NCBI GenBank assembly: GCA_051362555.1
Contig: CM120641.1
Location: 7,812,001-7,876,000, forward strand
Direction: 5' to 3'
Source of the DNA: Lingula anatina
Lineage: Eukaryota > Animalia > Brachiopoda
Length of the DNA stretch: 64,000 bases
Part shown: piece after piece, positions 29,086-43,224 of the stretch
How the letters are laid out: each line of letters begins with the position of its first letter
How positions within the stretch are numbered: position 1 is the first letter of the stretch
The notes under the pieces: model-generated
Databases searched by the model: none
What the model saw: the letters and a program-made list of their open reading frames with translations, nothing else
What the model was told of the DNA's origin: nothing
Position numbers and translations under genes: made by a program

Positions 29086-31920
29086 ATGGAGGCTACGGAG
29101 ATGCAAAATCGGGAGGACTCATATGGATTGAGGCAGCCAGGAGAAGAAAAATTAAATATACCGAATGGCCGTGATTCGGTAAATAACTTGAACGGGATAT
29201 TTAACAAGGAGCATGGTGCGTGATTTATTTATTCATTTGTTCGTTCGTTCGTTATGTATTACATGTAGCTTTCACGGAAGGTCAAATGTCGCCTATTTGC
29301 CAATTTTTTTTTATTTGGTAAAGATATATATTTTATTTAATAACTGCAATCTTTAATATTAACATGTATTGAATGAAAGTATCCTCATTCGGCATGCTTT
29401 GTACACCAATCCATATGTTTATATACACGTCTTCATTCTATAAATACTTGGGTCAGCCATATAAAAAACTTGGGGTACTATTATGAATGTCCACAGGTTA
29501 ACAAAGCCCAGTATACCAGTACATACAGTTCACTGATGCACGTTTTATAGGTGTGGAACGTGTTGTCAGTATTCAATCCATCACATTTTGACACCCAACG
29601 TTTCTTTCGCGGTACTGTTTTGTATAGCCACCATGAACAATAAAGCTGAAAGTGACAGTAAACTGATTTTGTAGAATTACATTGTTCTCTCAAAATTTTA
29701 AGTATAAAATGCTCTCATTGTTCGTGTGTCTAGTTCGCATTTCTATGACATTTAATTTCGTTTGTTACAGAAAACTTAATCAATCAACCGCAACATGCAG
29801 TATCCCTAGAAGTTGCTCTCCGTCTTCGGTTCTGGGCTTTAGTTGTGTCTTGGACGTCGGTTATAGTCACTACAGCGCTCTCCGTGCTAGCATTTGGTAC
29901 GTACAATGTACACTGTACTGGAAACATACAGGGGCAATCACGCATAGCATACGCGCAATCGCGTACACATAGTGGGGGGAAAAGAGAGATTTTGCTTTGT
30001 TAAGTAATCTGGTGACGTCAGATTGATTTGTAAAATTTGGACTATTTTAGAACACGGACATACCGGGGTAGTTTCTGAAGTCCGTGACAGCGACAATACA
30101 GTATTTCCAAATGATTAGGTGTTAGATATAAGATATACGAGCGTGTACAAGATTTTGATGGTATCTTTCCTGTGCATTAACTTAAAATTCTAATGATACA
30201 GTAAATAATGGTGCATCCGTCCAGTAGATCTACATGTAGATGGTATCTCTCTAGTGAACTAATTTACACATTTCGTTTCACACCTTTCCTGAAGGCTGTG
30301 AACTTGAACCGTTTTTTCAATGGTTTCAAATTTGATACCCTCAGTTTCAGGATGCAATGGCTTATTTTGAAATTACTGCCATCTTGTTACCACATATTTT
30401 CATGGTTTTGTTTTTCTTTTTGTATATTTAGCGTGGCCACTTCTTTCCGATACGGCTAAATTTGCTTTTAGGATTGGAGTGTTTTAGTTTTAAAATATTA
30501 TTTCACAGTAAAAATATTCAATGTGAAAAAACGGTATAGGATGGGATGTTGGAATATATTTAAAATCGAAATTTCAGTTCAAGGTGTCCCACTGATACAC
30601 AGGTTGAAACACAAGTTATGAAATTGTCAAAAAATGAATGTACCAAAAATATTATGATACCTGAATCTTTAAAAAAAGTTGCAGGAGTTGCGCAAATAAG
30701 CAATAATTTATAATGACAATCGTATGCGATACGTTTAACTTCGCGAACTAATGACATGAATCAATAATTCAGTAATTGACTTTAAATTTTCAGTGGTTTC
30801 CGCACTGGAGAAGAGTCCAGCGTTATTTGCTTTTGGGGTGAGTAGACAAATGTAGTGCTATGTACATGTACATTAAAAATTTTGAGATTACCCAAAGTCT
30901 CACGAGTTAGCAACGTCAAGCGAGATTTTGTAGGATTTGGAGGAGAATGGTGGCAACAATAATGGCAGACTACGGCGTGACAACGAATAAAAGTGTTAGG
31001 TTCTGTAAACTTACAGTCTATTGAACAACAGTACGAATTCATCAAGTTTTGGTTGCCACTTTTACATTGCTTTCTAAGACAAGATTCTAAGCACATATAC
31101 GTTTTCACTTTTATCGCTAAAAAGTTAACGCCTCCTCATATCAGGCGGATTCCCCATTCCCGCAGGATCCATACTTTAAAATGTGAACAGGCTTAAGTAT
31201 TTTGTAACACACTTTGAATTTCGTTTGTGGACCGACCCTTTGCAGTCATGCAGTATTCGAAGGCGCACTGTACTTTAGGCCATTGGCGTTGATGATAGTG
31301 ATCACCACCATCATTAAAGCACCAAATCTATAATAGAATGACATACATAATTATAGTCTTATAGACCTCGTATTTTTTGGGTTGGGTTGTAATAATGGCT
31401 GCTGCTGGCACCCAGGTGCACATAATTGTCTCATACTGATCATTGAAATTGTGATATGCCGCGCATTTTAAGATAAGCCATATGAACTTTGTGTATTTCC
31501 ACTGTCTCACTGCGTATTAATATCTATAATTATTATCCTTATGAAAAAAGTGACGACTTGAATACTGCAAGTTAATTAACCCTCTTGTTTTTCACCCAAC
31601 TATAAATGATCAAGTTTACGTTATTACTATAGAATGAAAAACTTAACGTAAACATATATGGCCAGAGATCACAGCAACTGTGTGTTTTACTAAAAGGACG
31701 CGCATTTTTTTTATCCCATGTAGACGCTAATGTCGGCCATAGTTCTAACGCAAAGCAATAGTTTTATATTTGTCTTCTTTTTTTCAGCTAAGTTGTATCC
31801 TTGATTCTCTGAGCTCATTAGTGGTGATATGGAGGTTTCAGTTTGGAGAGGGACGTCTTTATTCCACAAGCAGAGAAAAAAGGTACTTTGATTAAAAAAA
31901 AAAGATGCCTCAGATGATGT

Positions 31921-31961
<41 letters not shown>

Positions 31962-33752
31962 GTTTTAGAGCGTTCGGGTTTTACAATTAATCAATCATCC
32001 AGTCCCCTACCCATTTATTTATTTATTTATTTATTTATTTCAGAGCATGTTTTGTTCTGGGAGTGTTATTTACAATATCTGCCAGCAGTATTGTCTCAAA
32101 AGCTATTCATGCAATAGTAGTGGAACTGCGACCAGGAGAGGTATGTTGTTGTCATGATATGAATTAAGACTACAATTGTTTTGATTTTTTTCTTATCTTT
32201 AATGAAATAATTGTTATTAAGAATGGAATTGCATTTATTCGTGTGGCTTTAGCTTTAACTGTCCTTGATTTGCAAAATGACACCGGGGAATACATTTGTT
32301 TGATCTCTAGCAGTTTCCATAGAATCCAAAGGTCCCTTCACTCCGCTCCTATGAAGGAACATTATTCGAGAAGCACGACAAAACTTTTTAAGTGGTTAAT
32401 ATTTGAAGAGTTTTATAACTCCAACAAATAGATGCAAGATGCATGTGCGTATTTGTTGCTTTACATTTGCTTTATTGGAATTTGCCTGACTCTGTTCCTT
32501 CTGTGATTATCACAGCACTAGTTTATGTTAATGGTAGGCTCATACGGAACGTACCGAACGTGTGGATAAGCTGATTAAACGGTTTGTGAAATAAAATGCT
32601 GTGCTAGTGACAAGTAATTTTACATTGGAGTCGTTAATTTGGGCATTTGTGCTCACAAATCTGAGGCTCAAGTTAGAAAACGCTTTATCCGTTTATAAGG
32701 CCTGGTAGTTATTATTTCTTCAAACATACCGTTGCGTTACAATAGTAAATTAGATCGAAACGAGTGCATGTTGGAAAGTTGACATTTTTAACCTTCAGTC
32801 AGACGTTCACTGCCTCAAACCGAACAGCATAAGTTGTGAAAGAAACATTGAAATAGGAGATAACGCATATGGAGTTACAACGACGAGAGATAGCATAATA
32901 TTTGCGTTTTTGAATAGAAAAAATATTCTGACATTGGGCATAGAAAGAAAAGTCCGGTTATTGCAATCGAATTCATTTAAATAAAATATTTCGTTTCTTT
33001 TAAACACGCACATTGTATATTATTAAAGTCGATCTCTAATGTAACCGAAGTCGTAGCTAACCGTTTTATTGCATAAATCTACCTTTAAGTAATTGGTTGA
33101 GGCTAATTAAATAAGAAACGCTATTTATTAAAACTTCTTATTTTAAGAGAAAACACTAAAAGATTTACAGAGTTTTATTTTCCTCATATAATGAACGATT
33201 ACTTGTTGAATATTTCAGGTTTCTGTTCACCGTTTGACATGTTGTATTACACAATTACCAGCATATGGTTAGGTCATACCTACCATGTCATTTTAAACAA
33301 AGCACCGAATCATTAATAATGTTCGTGATAGATATCAAAATCCAATTGCTTAGTAATCAAGTGTGATAGCGGCATGTCATTAATCATAATAAAATATGCA
33401 CGTTTGACAGAGGTTGGTTATCGTGACCCTATCCTTATCGAAACCTCGGTTTCAATATGTTTTTAAAGTTCGGTACTAGTGCTTTTTTACAACGATTTTC
33501 ACCCAACAAGTACAGTATACATATTTTACTGTATCTGGATTTGGATTGGGTGGGTTATGATGACAATCTGGTGGCAAAGCGTAGGAGCTTTTTCCATACA
33601 ACTGGTTACTTACGCTTCGTTGATTATAAGTGCTTGATAGATACACGAAATTTGACTGGTATTATTGACAGTTGAATGTTGTTCTGTGTCACACGGAGAA
33701 ATTAAAAACATAAAAAATATAGATGCACATGTATGAGTAGATAAAATAGCCA

Positions 33753-33790
<38 letters not shown>

Positions 33791-35774
33791 AAAAGTATTT
33801 TATGTAGCCAAAAGTTTACGAAGCTTTGTGTTTGCTCAAAAGACTGGCATCGCGTTTTTAAAAATAACCGATTCGTTTTTTTCTATTAAACAGGATAACA
33901 GCATTTTGTGGAATATAGCCATTGCAAATGGAGTGATCTGCTCATCGTTATCCGTAGCAAAGTTTGCCATGGGTCTAAAGCTGGAGAGTAGAGCCCTGAT
34001 TACCGATGGTAAGTTTAGATTTTTACGTTCTCAAGGGAGGAAAAATGCTGTCACATCTCCCATACATCTGGATTGAAAACTCAAAAATACATCATCAGTG
34101 GTGTAACGATTCAGTTGCCTCTCCTTCCATCAAAAAACTTTATACATTTATAATATGTAGAATCATATTTTTGACAAAGATCAAATGTCAATGAATGGTA
34201 GTTTTCTGTTTTCTATTTTTCTATTGCACGTGCTCAGGATTAACACTTGTACATGTACAAATAGCCCTTAATTCATACATGTTATAATCAAGTGAAAGAA
34301 GTCCAACTGATATGATAGAAAGGCAGATTACAGTAGAGGTACACAGATAAATCTGTAAGCGGTAACATCTATAAGTTGCTTTTGTTTAATTAATTTGTAG
34401 GGTATAAGAAAAAAGGATTTAAATTTCAACTTGAAATCTCAAAAGACATCTACAGGCATTTAAGAAAGTTCCTTAGAATACACCAATGTGACATTACCTT
34501 GGGCACATCAAAGTTTTGACAAAGTGTCTATTAAAATAGTCACGTTACATTTAAAACAAAAGTACGAAATACTGGAATTAAATGTTTTGTTATTTCCTGA
34601 AAGATGGTCGCTTTCCGTTCTGTTGTGAGCTCTGTCCGATTGATTATTATATTCAATCAGGATAATTTGAGCAGGTTTTGTCCGAGTTCATAACGAACTT
34701 TGATCAGATTCCCGTATTGTAATATTAGTTATGATATTGTCTGGCGGACAAATCAAATGCTGGTCGTAATGTGACTGAAAGCAAATAAAAAGGCCACAAT
34801 ACAGCATCTTGAAATGATATATTTATGTAGAGCACCAGCACATTATTATAGAAATTGAGCCCAGTATGCAAAGGAAGGCCGACCTTTTTTTCTGAGAAAC
34901 TGCTGGTGGTTCTCCAGAACGTTTCATTTCTGCACTGCGTTTCTGAACTATAATTTTTGCACTGAGCACCCCATGCATGTTACAATGTATAAAAGCTTTA
35001 ATGCTAAGCGAAAATGGGTCTTAGCTGTTATCTTTTTAAAAAAATTTATAACAATTTAATGGTCAAATTTTACGAGTGGAAAATAATATGTTATGAAATA
35101 CTGAATTGCATAAGTCATTTTATTTCTGCTAGTGTACCGTCACAGCAAACAGACAAGTCGAGGTTAAATTAGAAAAATAATAACACAATTATCCCATAGC
35201 GAACAATCATTAATCCTTGCCTGCATATAGCGCATAACTGTTGCAGTTTTCTAATGTATGAGGCAGGTATATGATATGGCAAGGCACAGCGATGTTGCGA
35301 CAGTTGTGACAAAGCTACACGCAATGCGACAGTTCTAAAACCCAACTTCTGTATCGTTTCAGCTTACAACTCCCTGGTAGGAGCCCTAATGTCGTTTGCC
35401 ATACTGGCCAGTGCTTTAGCATATAGAGACAACCACGCGGTGTGGTATTTAGACTCCGTGGTGGGGTTGATATGTGCGGTGCTTTTACTAGGATACGCTA
35501 TAAAGTAAGTTGCAATGCATGGATTATAGTTGTACCTGCTAGTTCATGCTGTTACCCTGAGTTTCAAAGGCTAGTAGATAGTGGAAACTATTCTTTTCTC
35601 AGCATCCTTATCTGTTTCCAGAATCAATCGCAGATGGGCATACTGAGGAATTTACATAGGCCGCCATTAGCTAATGAGTAAATTTATAAACGAATAACTT
35701 GTCATTATTTATTGATAATTAATTAATGCATTTACTAATTAAACTTGGGATGCGTGTGTGTGTTTGTGTGTGTA

Positions 35775-35809
<35 letters not shown>

Positions 35810-35914
35810 ATCAAAATCCTTTTCATTCAAATAATCTGAAAATACTTCTTCAATATTTTCAGACTTTTCTGTCACATATACCACGACAGAAGTTCTACTC
35901 CGCCCAGTGACTGA
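29086..35914 (+). CDS. TMEM163: Transmembrane protein 163-like cation diffusion facilitator (Zn2+ transporter), ~266 aa, 8 coding exons
   Basis: Exons 29086-29215, 29771-29896, 30794-30837, 31788-31882, 32044-32140, 33894-34008, 35363-35504 and 35863-35914 (801 nt, in frame). Segments ALVVSWTSVIVT, ILDSLSSLVVIWRF, ACFVLGVLF, KFAMGLKLESRALITDAYNSLVG and VWYLDSVVG match TMEM163 as I recall it. Most of this gene is absent from the ORF track. Confidence 0.9.
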
Positions 35915-38315
35915 GTGAAGAGCGAGTCCAGTCAGGGGGAAAATACCCGCTATTTACCTCTTTTTTATTATCATCTATGTTAAACAGAGGATCACGTCCA
36001 AATCTACACGTGATAGATCAGGGAATGATGATTTTCAAAACTCAGTTGTTACAAATTCCAGTGCAGCAAATAAAGCCCGTGACATACGTGCATGAAATCC
36101 ACGTTCCATTACAGCTTCCTGTGGATTCGGAACACAAACTACCAGAGACGCACGGGGTATAAACTGATACAGCATTTGTGATAGTTGTAAATAATGTTAA
36201 TCGTTAATGTATTATTTGTTAAAAGGTACCGGATACGTGTGCAATAATGACTCGAACGCATAAAGATTCTGTTTCGTTAAAATATGAGACGAAGGACTGT
36301 TATATAAAAATACATGTATAAAGCATGGGATATAAACAGTAAAAGGGGGTCAGAGGGAAAAAGGGGTTGCAGTTTTTTTTCAACTCCTTTATTTCAACAT
36401 CTTTGCATGCAAATAAAAATGTAAACGAAGAGAGAAAATTATCGTAAAAGAAGTCTGGAGCTGTATTCTTCAGAACTGTAGTATTTTAAACCAAGGTTTT
36501 TAATGCATTAGTATTACCAGGGAATTATATCGGATATAATTCCCCGGTATAACGAAACAATCTTACATCGTTTTACTATTATGTCGATTTATGAAATATA
36601 AGTTATTACAGAATAATGCAAATCTGTTGTTATCTTTAAAGTATCATTTTATTGGATGACTTTGCGGAGCTCATAGACAAATTCAGAATAGTCTTTGTGT
36701 GTTTATCTAGTTTTGATTTTACCAAACGTGGCTAAAAATTATGATAAATAAATAAAAAAGAATTAAAAGAAATATGGCCACGGGGGAAATGCGACACATA
36801 AGTGAATTCCATCTAGCAAACGATCTTTATCAACCCATTCAACAGTGTAGGTAGGGCCAGTTGGCGCCAATGTTTTGGTCAAAATGAGGCAAGTGATATA
36901 CTTCAATCAGATTATATGACATTACATATACCTTGTTTACTTCATTCAGCACATAATAGAATGAACCACCTGTTAATGTCATATTGACTTAGCTTAAACA
37001 AAATTTAATCTTGGTAATGCGTATGAATAATACATGAATGGAAAAGTCGCTTAATTTTCATTGGATCTTTGCCTACAACTGTGGCACACATGTAAGCAAT
37101 GTTAGTCTCATATTTGAATCATTCCACAGGTGCCCCTGGTAATGAGAAAGAAATAAGTAAATTAAATTCGGATTTGATTGAATTATTTGAACTGTTGATA
37201 GACAAAAATTCACATTGATCAGTAAATGACTGATGGCATTTATTACTTTATGCTATAATATTTTTTGAAAAATTGCAAATTATTCATTGGCCAAGAAAAT
37301 ATCAAAGGTGTAAGATGAATATCCAATTTATCAACAGAATATTTTAAAGCGCTAGAGTATTGATAACAAGAACCCACTACCATCCTGCTGATAACACTTG
37401 ATAATAACTATATCACTGAATATAACATCATTACCATTCTTACTTTTACATCTTTTATTCAACTTGGACCGATTACATAATCATTTGTTAAACAGGGGTT
37501 TAGCGAGGGTTCAAGGTTTCAAGCACATCCAGTAATTAAAACAAGCTAAGCGGCTCTCTGACTGAGTGCGCTCTAGGTTTCAGAGATTTCTGGAAACTAT
37601 ATCATCAGCATGTATCATCAGCATGCCACCGAAAAGATAAGTAAAAGCGAGTTTCCAGTAATCATTGGATTTCAGGGTGACTAAAATGCTCATCACGCTG
37701 TAAGAAAAAGAAAACGTTTCCAAGAGAAATATAATATATCTTGCGCACCAAAAATTCTGTGTCTGTATATATCGGTATAGCCCATATAAAGGTCAATATT
37801 GTACTGTAGTTCCTGCCCTTTCAGTGATACATTTCTTTGGATTCCTAAGAGTCATAGCATTAAGTCTGAAACGCCTGATTTTTTGCAACTGCTGAACACC
37901 TGTTACAAAAGTTCAAATAGGTAGTGTGGTTTTTAATTAGGAACCCTGGAACCCCTTCTCGTATCTCCCACAGTGGGCTTGGCGAAGATTTGCGTTAAGA
38001 ACTTAAAAACACTACATTAAGGTAAGTATTTTGCATGCTTCGATTGATTTGATGTTCGATTGATGTTTTTCAATTTATATTTGGAACGGGAAGAGGTACT
38101 GATTTTTTAAAAAATAGATGAAAATGAAGCATCTAAAAATAAGTTATTCGATTACACAAGTTGTTGTACCAGTAGAAAGCATTTTTGGGTCTTTTAATTG
38201 CATTTTTTTACTTTATATAACCTAGCAAGAATAAATGTCATGTTGTGTGTATTTATCCCTTTTCGTTACACACTGTTATTTCCAAGATCCAAATGTATAT
38301 ATATTTTTATAACAG

Positions 38316-38858
38316 ATGACTTACGCGCCTCTCCCGGAGTTTTGGGTGCGCAAGATGCGCTCTTTTTTCATCATATTTGACCGTGACTTGGATAATATTG
38401 TCAACCGAAAGGACTACGTTGATTGGGTTTTGGAGCGGGGCAACACGTACTTGAGCAAGGAAAAAGTAGAACTATTTGGGCCCTTGCTTGCCAAGGCATG
38501 GGACGAGTTTTGGGCAGGACCAGAGAAAAAGATCAGCGTTACTATTGATGAGATGGTGCGATCGCACGCGCGCACATTCACCGACACTCATTTCTCAGAG
38601 TCTCTCAAAAATGTGCTGGAAGTTTGTTTTGACGGAGTGGACGCCAATAACGATGGGTTTGTCACACTGGATGAGTACACAAATTTCTTGGCATGCTACG
38701 GCATTCATCCTCTCTCCGTTACGCCTTCTTTCCAGGCCATAGACACCAACAAAGACGGGGTTATTAGCAAGGAGGAGTTCATCAATGCTGGGAAAGAGTT
38801 CTTTCAAGTGACAACTGATACTCCAGCCAAGTTGTTTATGGGACCCTTCCGTGCCTGA
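38316..38858 (+). CDS. Sarcoplasmic calcium-binding protein-like EF-hand protein, paralogue A (180 aa)
   Basis: Starts FWVRKMRSFF, like the Nereis SCP start LWVQKMKTYF. EF loops are DRDLDNIVNRKD, a degenerate EF2, DANNDGFVTLDE and DTNKDGVISKEE, and the C-terminus is LFMGP. A splice acceptor (aacag) lies directly before the ATG, with a likely 5'UTR donor at ~38022. Confidence 0.9.
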   Translation: MTYAPLPEFWVRKMRSFFIIFDRDLDNIVNRKDYVDWVLERGNTYLSKEKVELFGPLLAKAWDEFWAGPEKKISVTIDEMVRSHARTFTDTHFSESLKNVLEVCFDGVDANNDGFVTLDEYTNFLACYGIHPLSVTPSFQAIDTNKDGVISKEEFINAGKEFFQVTTDTPAKLFMGPFRA

Positions 38859-39680
38859 GGTCAATTGGCCAAGGTCAAAGGCTTACTGAGCAAGCATTGC
38901 AAGTTATAACATTCAACGTTTAACGGCGTTAAAGCAAGTTTTATCCATATACTTGTATTTCCAATGACAAATGATTTTAATTGATAATCAACCTGCTTTA
39001 TGAGAAAAGCTTTAAATTCGCCTGATTAAAAATGCACCGATTATTTCTGATTATTGTTGCAATCCTGAACTAGGTAGGCTACATGCAATAGTGATCATAC
39101 CTGAGGTGTCACGATCGGGTAATGGTGCGGATAAATTCATATATATACGTGCATGTGAATCACATTTACATCTTGCTAATGCTGAATTATTTTCACCTTC
39201 TGTTCCAATTCTAAATGTTAAATTTTCGATTGAATACAGAGCAATAAAATTAAACGTTACTGAGACAGCAGCAAAGTGCTGGTTGTTGTATAACTTATTT
39301 TTGCAATGATGAATGAAAAGCATTAGCAAATACTGTTACTCGTAATTATTATTTCTACTGTAGTAAATGTTTACACTTGTAAATAACTATAATTTATACA
39401 AAAAGGCAAACAATAATGTAGTGCCTACAATTAAATGGCAAGCACTGAAATCACCCAACCCAGTTAAACGTCTGGGCGGATTCAGAGGTATTTTCTAACA
39501 GTCTTCCAAATTATCTTTGTTGAACCATCCTCTACTTTTGACCAACTTCCGACAGAAAAAATTAGATGACAGTCAATCTAAACTTGGAAATTTTTGATCG
39601 TCTTCCAAGACACCCAGAAGACGGCTTCCGTCCGACCCTGCGGCGGTGGGTCACTATCACAATTAATGCAAATCAATTTT

Positions 39681-40156
39681 GCGCACGCTTGTTATTACGT
39701 CGCTCATTCTTCTTTGTTACGTTAAAAAGATACATACGTTACCGATACATACGTTACCATGAAGCGTGTAAATATTTATTTATTCTATTTTCATTGGTTG
39801 CCTTTCGTTTTGTGGGCCAACACTTATGTCTCGGTATGTATCGGTAACGTATGTAGATCTTCAAAGATGCATCAATATATATACTTGTATGGTAACGTAT
39901 GTATCGGTAACGTATGTATCATTTTAACGTAACAAAGAAGAATGAGCGCCGTAAAAACATGCGTGCGCACATATACAACGTCGCACGTACTCACAAAGTC
40001 GTGACAACAGAGAACAATCAATGAATATAGAAAACAACACCTTCATATTTTTGGTCACGTATGTATCGGTAACGTATGTATCATATGCACAATTTTCACA
40101 GATAGTTGAAGACAAGAAATCATTTTTGTCCCGTTTTCCCTTATTGTAATGTAACA
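39681..40156. repeat. Foldback/palindromic repeat element, copy A
   Basis: Tandem gatacatacgttacc motifs face their reverse complements ggtaacgtatgtatc. About 475 bp is near-identical to 41129-41605. Confidence 0.8.
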
Positions 40157-41065
40157 TTAAGACACCTCAGACGATATTATCCTGCACACACCTTCCAAAA
40201 AGTATTCTACAACATGTCTACGGGCCCTTATTTGACCATCATAGGCATACAAGAGATACCTTGATTCTACAGCAAAACCAACTTGTTCCTAGTGATAGTT
40301 GACCACGTTCTGGTAGTGCTGGGGTCCCTGAACCTAATATTACCAACTGATACCTCATTCCATCTGCAAGAAAGGACTTCGGGGTTGACACAGGCTTCAT
40401 CATGACAGCACACTGGCTCACAGTTCTCGTCTGGTGCGTGATTTGTTGCAGAAACCCAATGTTTTGAGGTTGGAGAAACCATCTTTGAGTCCTGATAATA
40501 AACCCACTGAGCATCCGTGGCATGAATCGAAGTGTGCAATCCAGAGGAGAACCAAACTCCAAGTAGTCCGGACCAATTCCGCCAAGCTTTTTAGGAAACA
40601 TGGGACAATATCCCACAAAACAGAATTGTTACCCTTGTTGAAGGCAGCGGAGCCGTCTACAGGAGGTAATTGCAGCACACAGTAAACACACACGCTAATA
40701 GACAGGTGACCTTTAACGAGCACACCCTAATGCTAAATGTGTGTAAATGTGGTGACATTTGGTGGTGCCTTTTCAATTTAATGGGCATCTCTTTAGCTCT
40801 GTAGAAATGACAGTGAAACATCGGATTAGAGGGGGTACATGTAATAAATATGAATTAATGGCATTAAATATTGAAATCTTCACCGCTATTTTGTATTTTC
40901 TGTACCACTTATCATGTTAGTTATGGTATCTGGAATGAAAATCACCATTCATTTTAATTAACTCCTGTGATGTGATCATTTATAAATAAAAGCACATGAA
41001 ACTGGAGGTGGGACAACCTTTTTGACCAATGTTGTATATTCAGCACCCACAAACAGGTATTGTTT

Positions 41066-41670
41066 TCTGATTTCATTGTTTGTTCTCTGTTGTCGCGACT
41101 CTGTGGTTGCGTGCGACGTTGTATATGTGCGCACGCTTGTTATTACGTCACTCATTCTTCTTTGTTACGTTAAAATGATACATACGTTACCGATACGTAC
41201 GTTACCATAAAGCGTGTAAATATTTATTTATTCTATTTTCATTGGTTGCCTTTCGTTTTGTGGGCCAACACTTATGTCTCGGTATGTATCGGTAACGTAT
41301 GTAGATCTTCAAAGATGCATCAATATATATACTTGTATGGTAACGTATGTATCGGTAACGTATGTATCATTCTAACGTAACAAAGAAGAATGAGCGCCGT
41401 AAAAACATGCGTGCGCACATATACAACGTCGCACGTACTCACAAAGTCGTGACAACAGAGAACAATCAATGAATATAGAAAACAACACATTCATATTATT
41501 TGGACACGTATGTATCGGTAACGTATGTATCATATAAACAATTTTCACAGATAGTTAAAGGCAAGAAATCTTATTTGTCTCGTTTTCTTTTATTTTAATG
41601 TAACAAAAACATAAGTGTTGGCCCACAAAACAAAATACAACCAATGAAAATAGAATAAATAAATATTTAC
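41066..41670. repeat. Foldback/palindromic repeat element, copy B (longer)
   Basis: ~41070-41207 is the reverse complement of ~41338-41473, and ~41217-41277 is the reverse complement of ~41610-41670. It is also a direct repeat of copy A. Confidence 0.8.
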
Positions 41671-41982
41671 TGTCTGCAGGTCAAACGTCCTTAAAGGGAC
41701 TTTGCTGTTACTCAGCAGTGGCAGATGGGAAAGAGTAAAGAGGATTGGTCGCTTTTTTTTCTTTTATCAGATTCTACATTTTTAGAAACAAATATTTCTA
41801 CAGCCTATCAGATAATGTACGTGTACAGCAATACACAGGATAAAGATGCAAAAGCTGTTAAAGGTGTTATTACTATTTTAATAGCTTTATCAAAACCGCC
41901 ACTGTTTTTGGTTGTATCTCTTGAAGTGTAGTTGCAACACCAGTCATGGTATATACATGTATACTATAAGTAGTTTTAGATC

Positions 41983-43178
41983 GAGGTGCGTCTAACACAA
42001 TGCACCCAAACCCAATATAGAGGTGCATTTCAAGTTCAAGTCTCAAAAAATGAAATTGAATGAATTCGATGTATTATCCAATTTTTTAAAACTTACATGT
42101 GTATAGAACAAAAATCTACAAATGTCCCAATTTTACGCCCACGCGTTTCTGTTTTGTAAGCAAATAAATTGATAACCGTTTGAAGTGAAAAAAGCGTAAG
42201 AAAGAACATACGTTACCACTGAATCGCCTGATACAAACACGATCATTAGTTGAGCGCTGTGGAAATTTGTGCAAGCTAAACAGTATCAGAACCCAATGAG
42301 TCATTAATAATGGAAAAATGATAGGAAAATACTTTTAAATTGACCAGCTCTAGGAAAATTACTTTCAAACTAAAGATCATTTTTCTTTACAATGTCCACG
42401 TTGATGACTTTTTCAAAAGCAGTAATTGTCAATTGTATAGAGAATTGAAAACTTTGTTATCTAAAAGTTATCTACCACTGGTCATATTCGTCGTGAATTT
42501 AAAACTCATTGGCAGTTTCAAATTTTGGGTGTATTAGTTACAATACCAACTACGCCTCGCATCCTTCGCATACCGTAATGTAACGTATGTTCCACAGCCA
42601 TAGAAAAGATACGGGACACGAATTTAATAAATATTGATAAGATATTTTTTCGCTTTTTTTTCGTAGAATTTATTGAGGTGTTTAAAAGTAACTCAGACAT
42701 CAAAAGTGATAACATATTTTCAAAAACACGATCCGCGTATCAAACGTCTTCATTATTTGCATGTAAAGAAAGGAAGATCCCAGAAACGTCTAACCTACCA
42801 CCTCTTTAAACGAAGCCTTTTTCAACACACCTATAGGTTTTCCAATACAGCAGAGAATTCGTTCAAAATGAGCTTTACTATCCCCTCTGAAAGGTCTAAA
42901 TTGTCTTGCGGATTTCGGCACTTTTGGGAATTAAAAAAATGTATATATATATATATAATGTTTGTTCCATCTATAAAAAGTAAGTGGCTCACAAAATTAC
43001 GTTTTTAAGTCTTTCCATTGAGTGAGTATAAGAAACAGATATCACTTTAGAGTTCAAGGGTCTCTACGGTCCTTATCAGTCGCTATTTAAGACAAATTAT
43101 AGGCTGCATGATTTCTTGTAAGTTTCCTTGAGATTTCTTAGATGTTCATACTGTGTTTTTACTCTGCCAACGTGCTGG

Positions 43179-43224
<46 letters not shown>

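Noticed and set aside
40239-40723. SRCR- or COR-domain exon
   Set aside because: Only vague motif resemblance (AAFNKG..VLWDIVPC; FMPRMLSGFIIR) in different frames with stops, which is not enough to name a product.
39729-41530. CRISPR-like array of gtaacgtatgtatc repeats
   Set aside because: The repeats are short, irregularly spaced and in both orientations, with duplicated rather than unique spacers. There are no cas genes and the context is eukaryotic.
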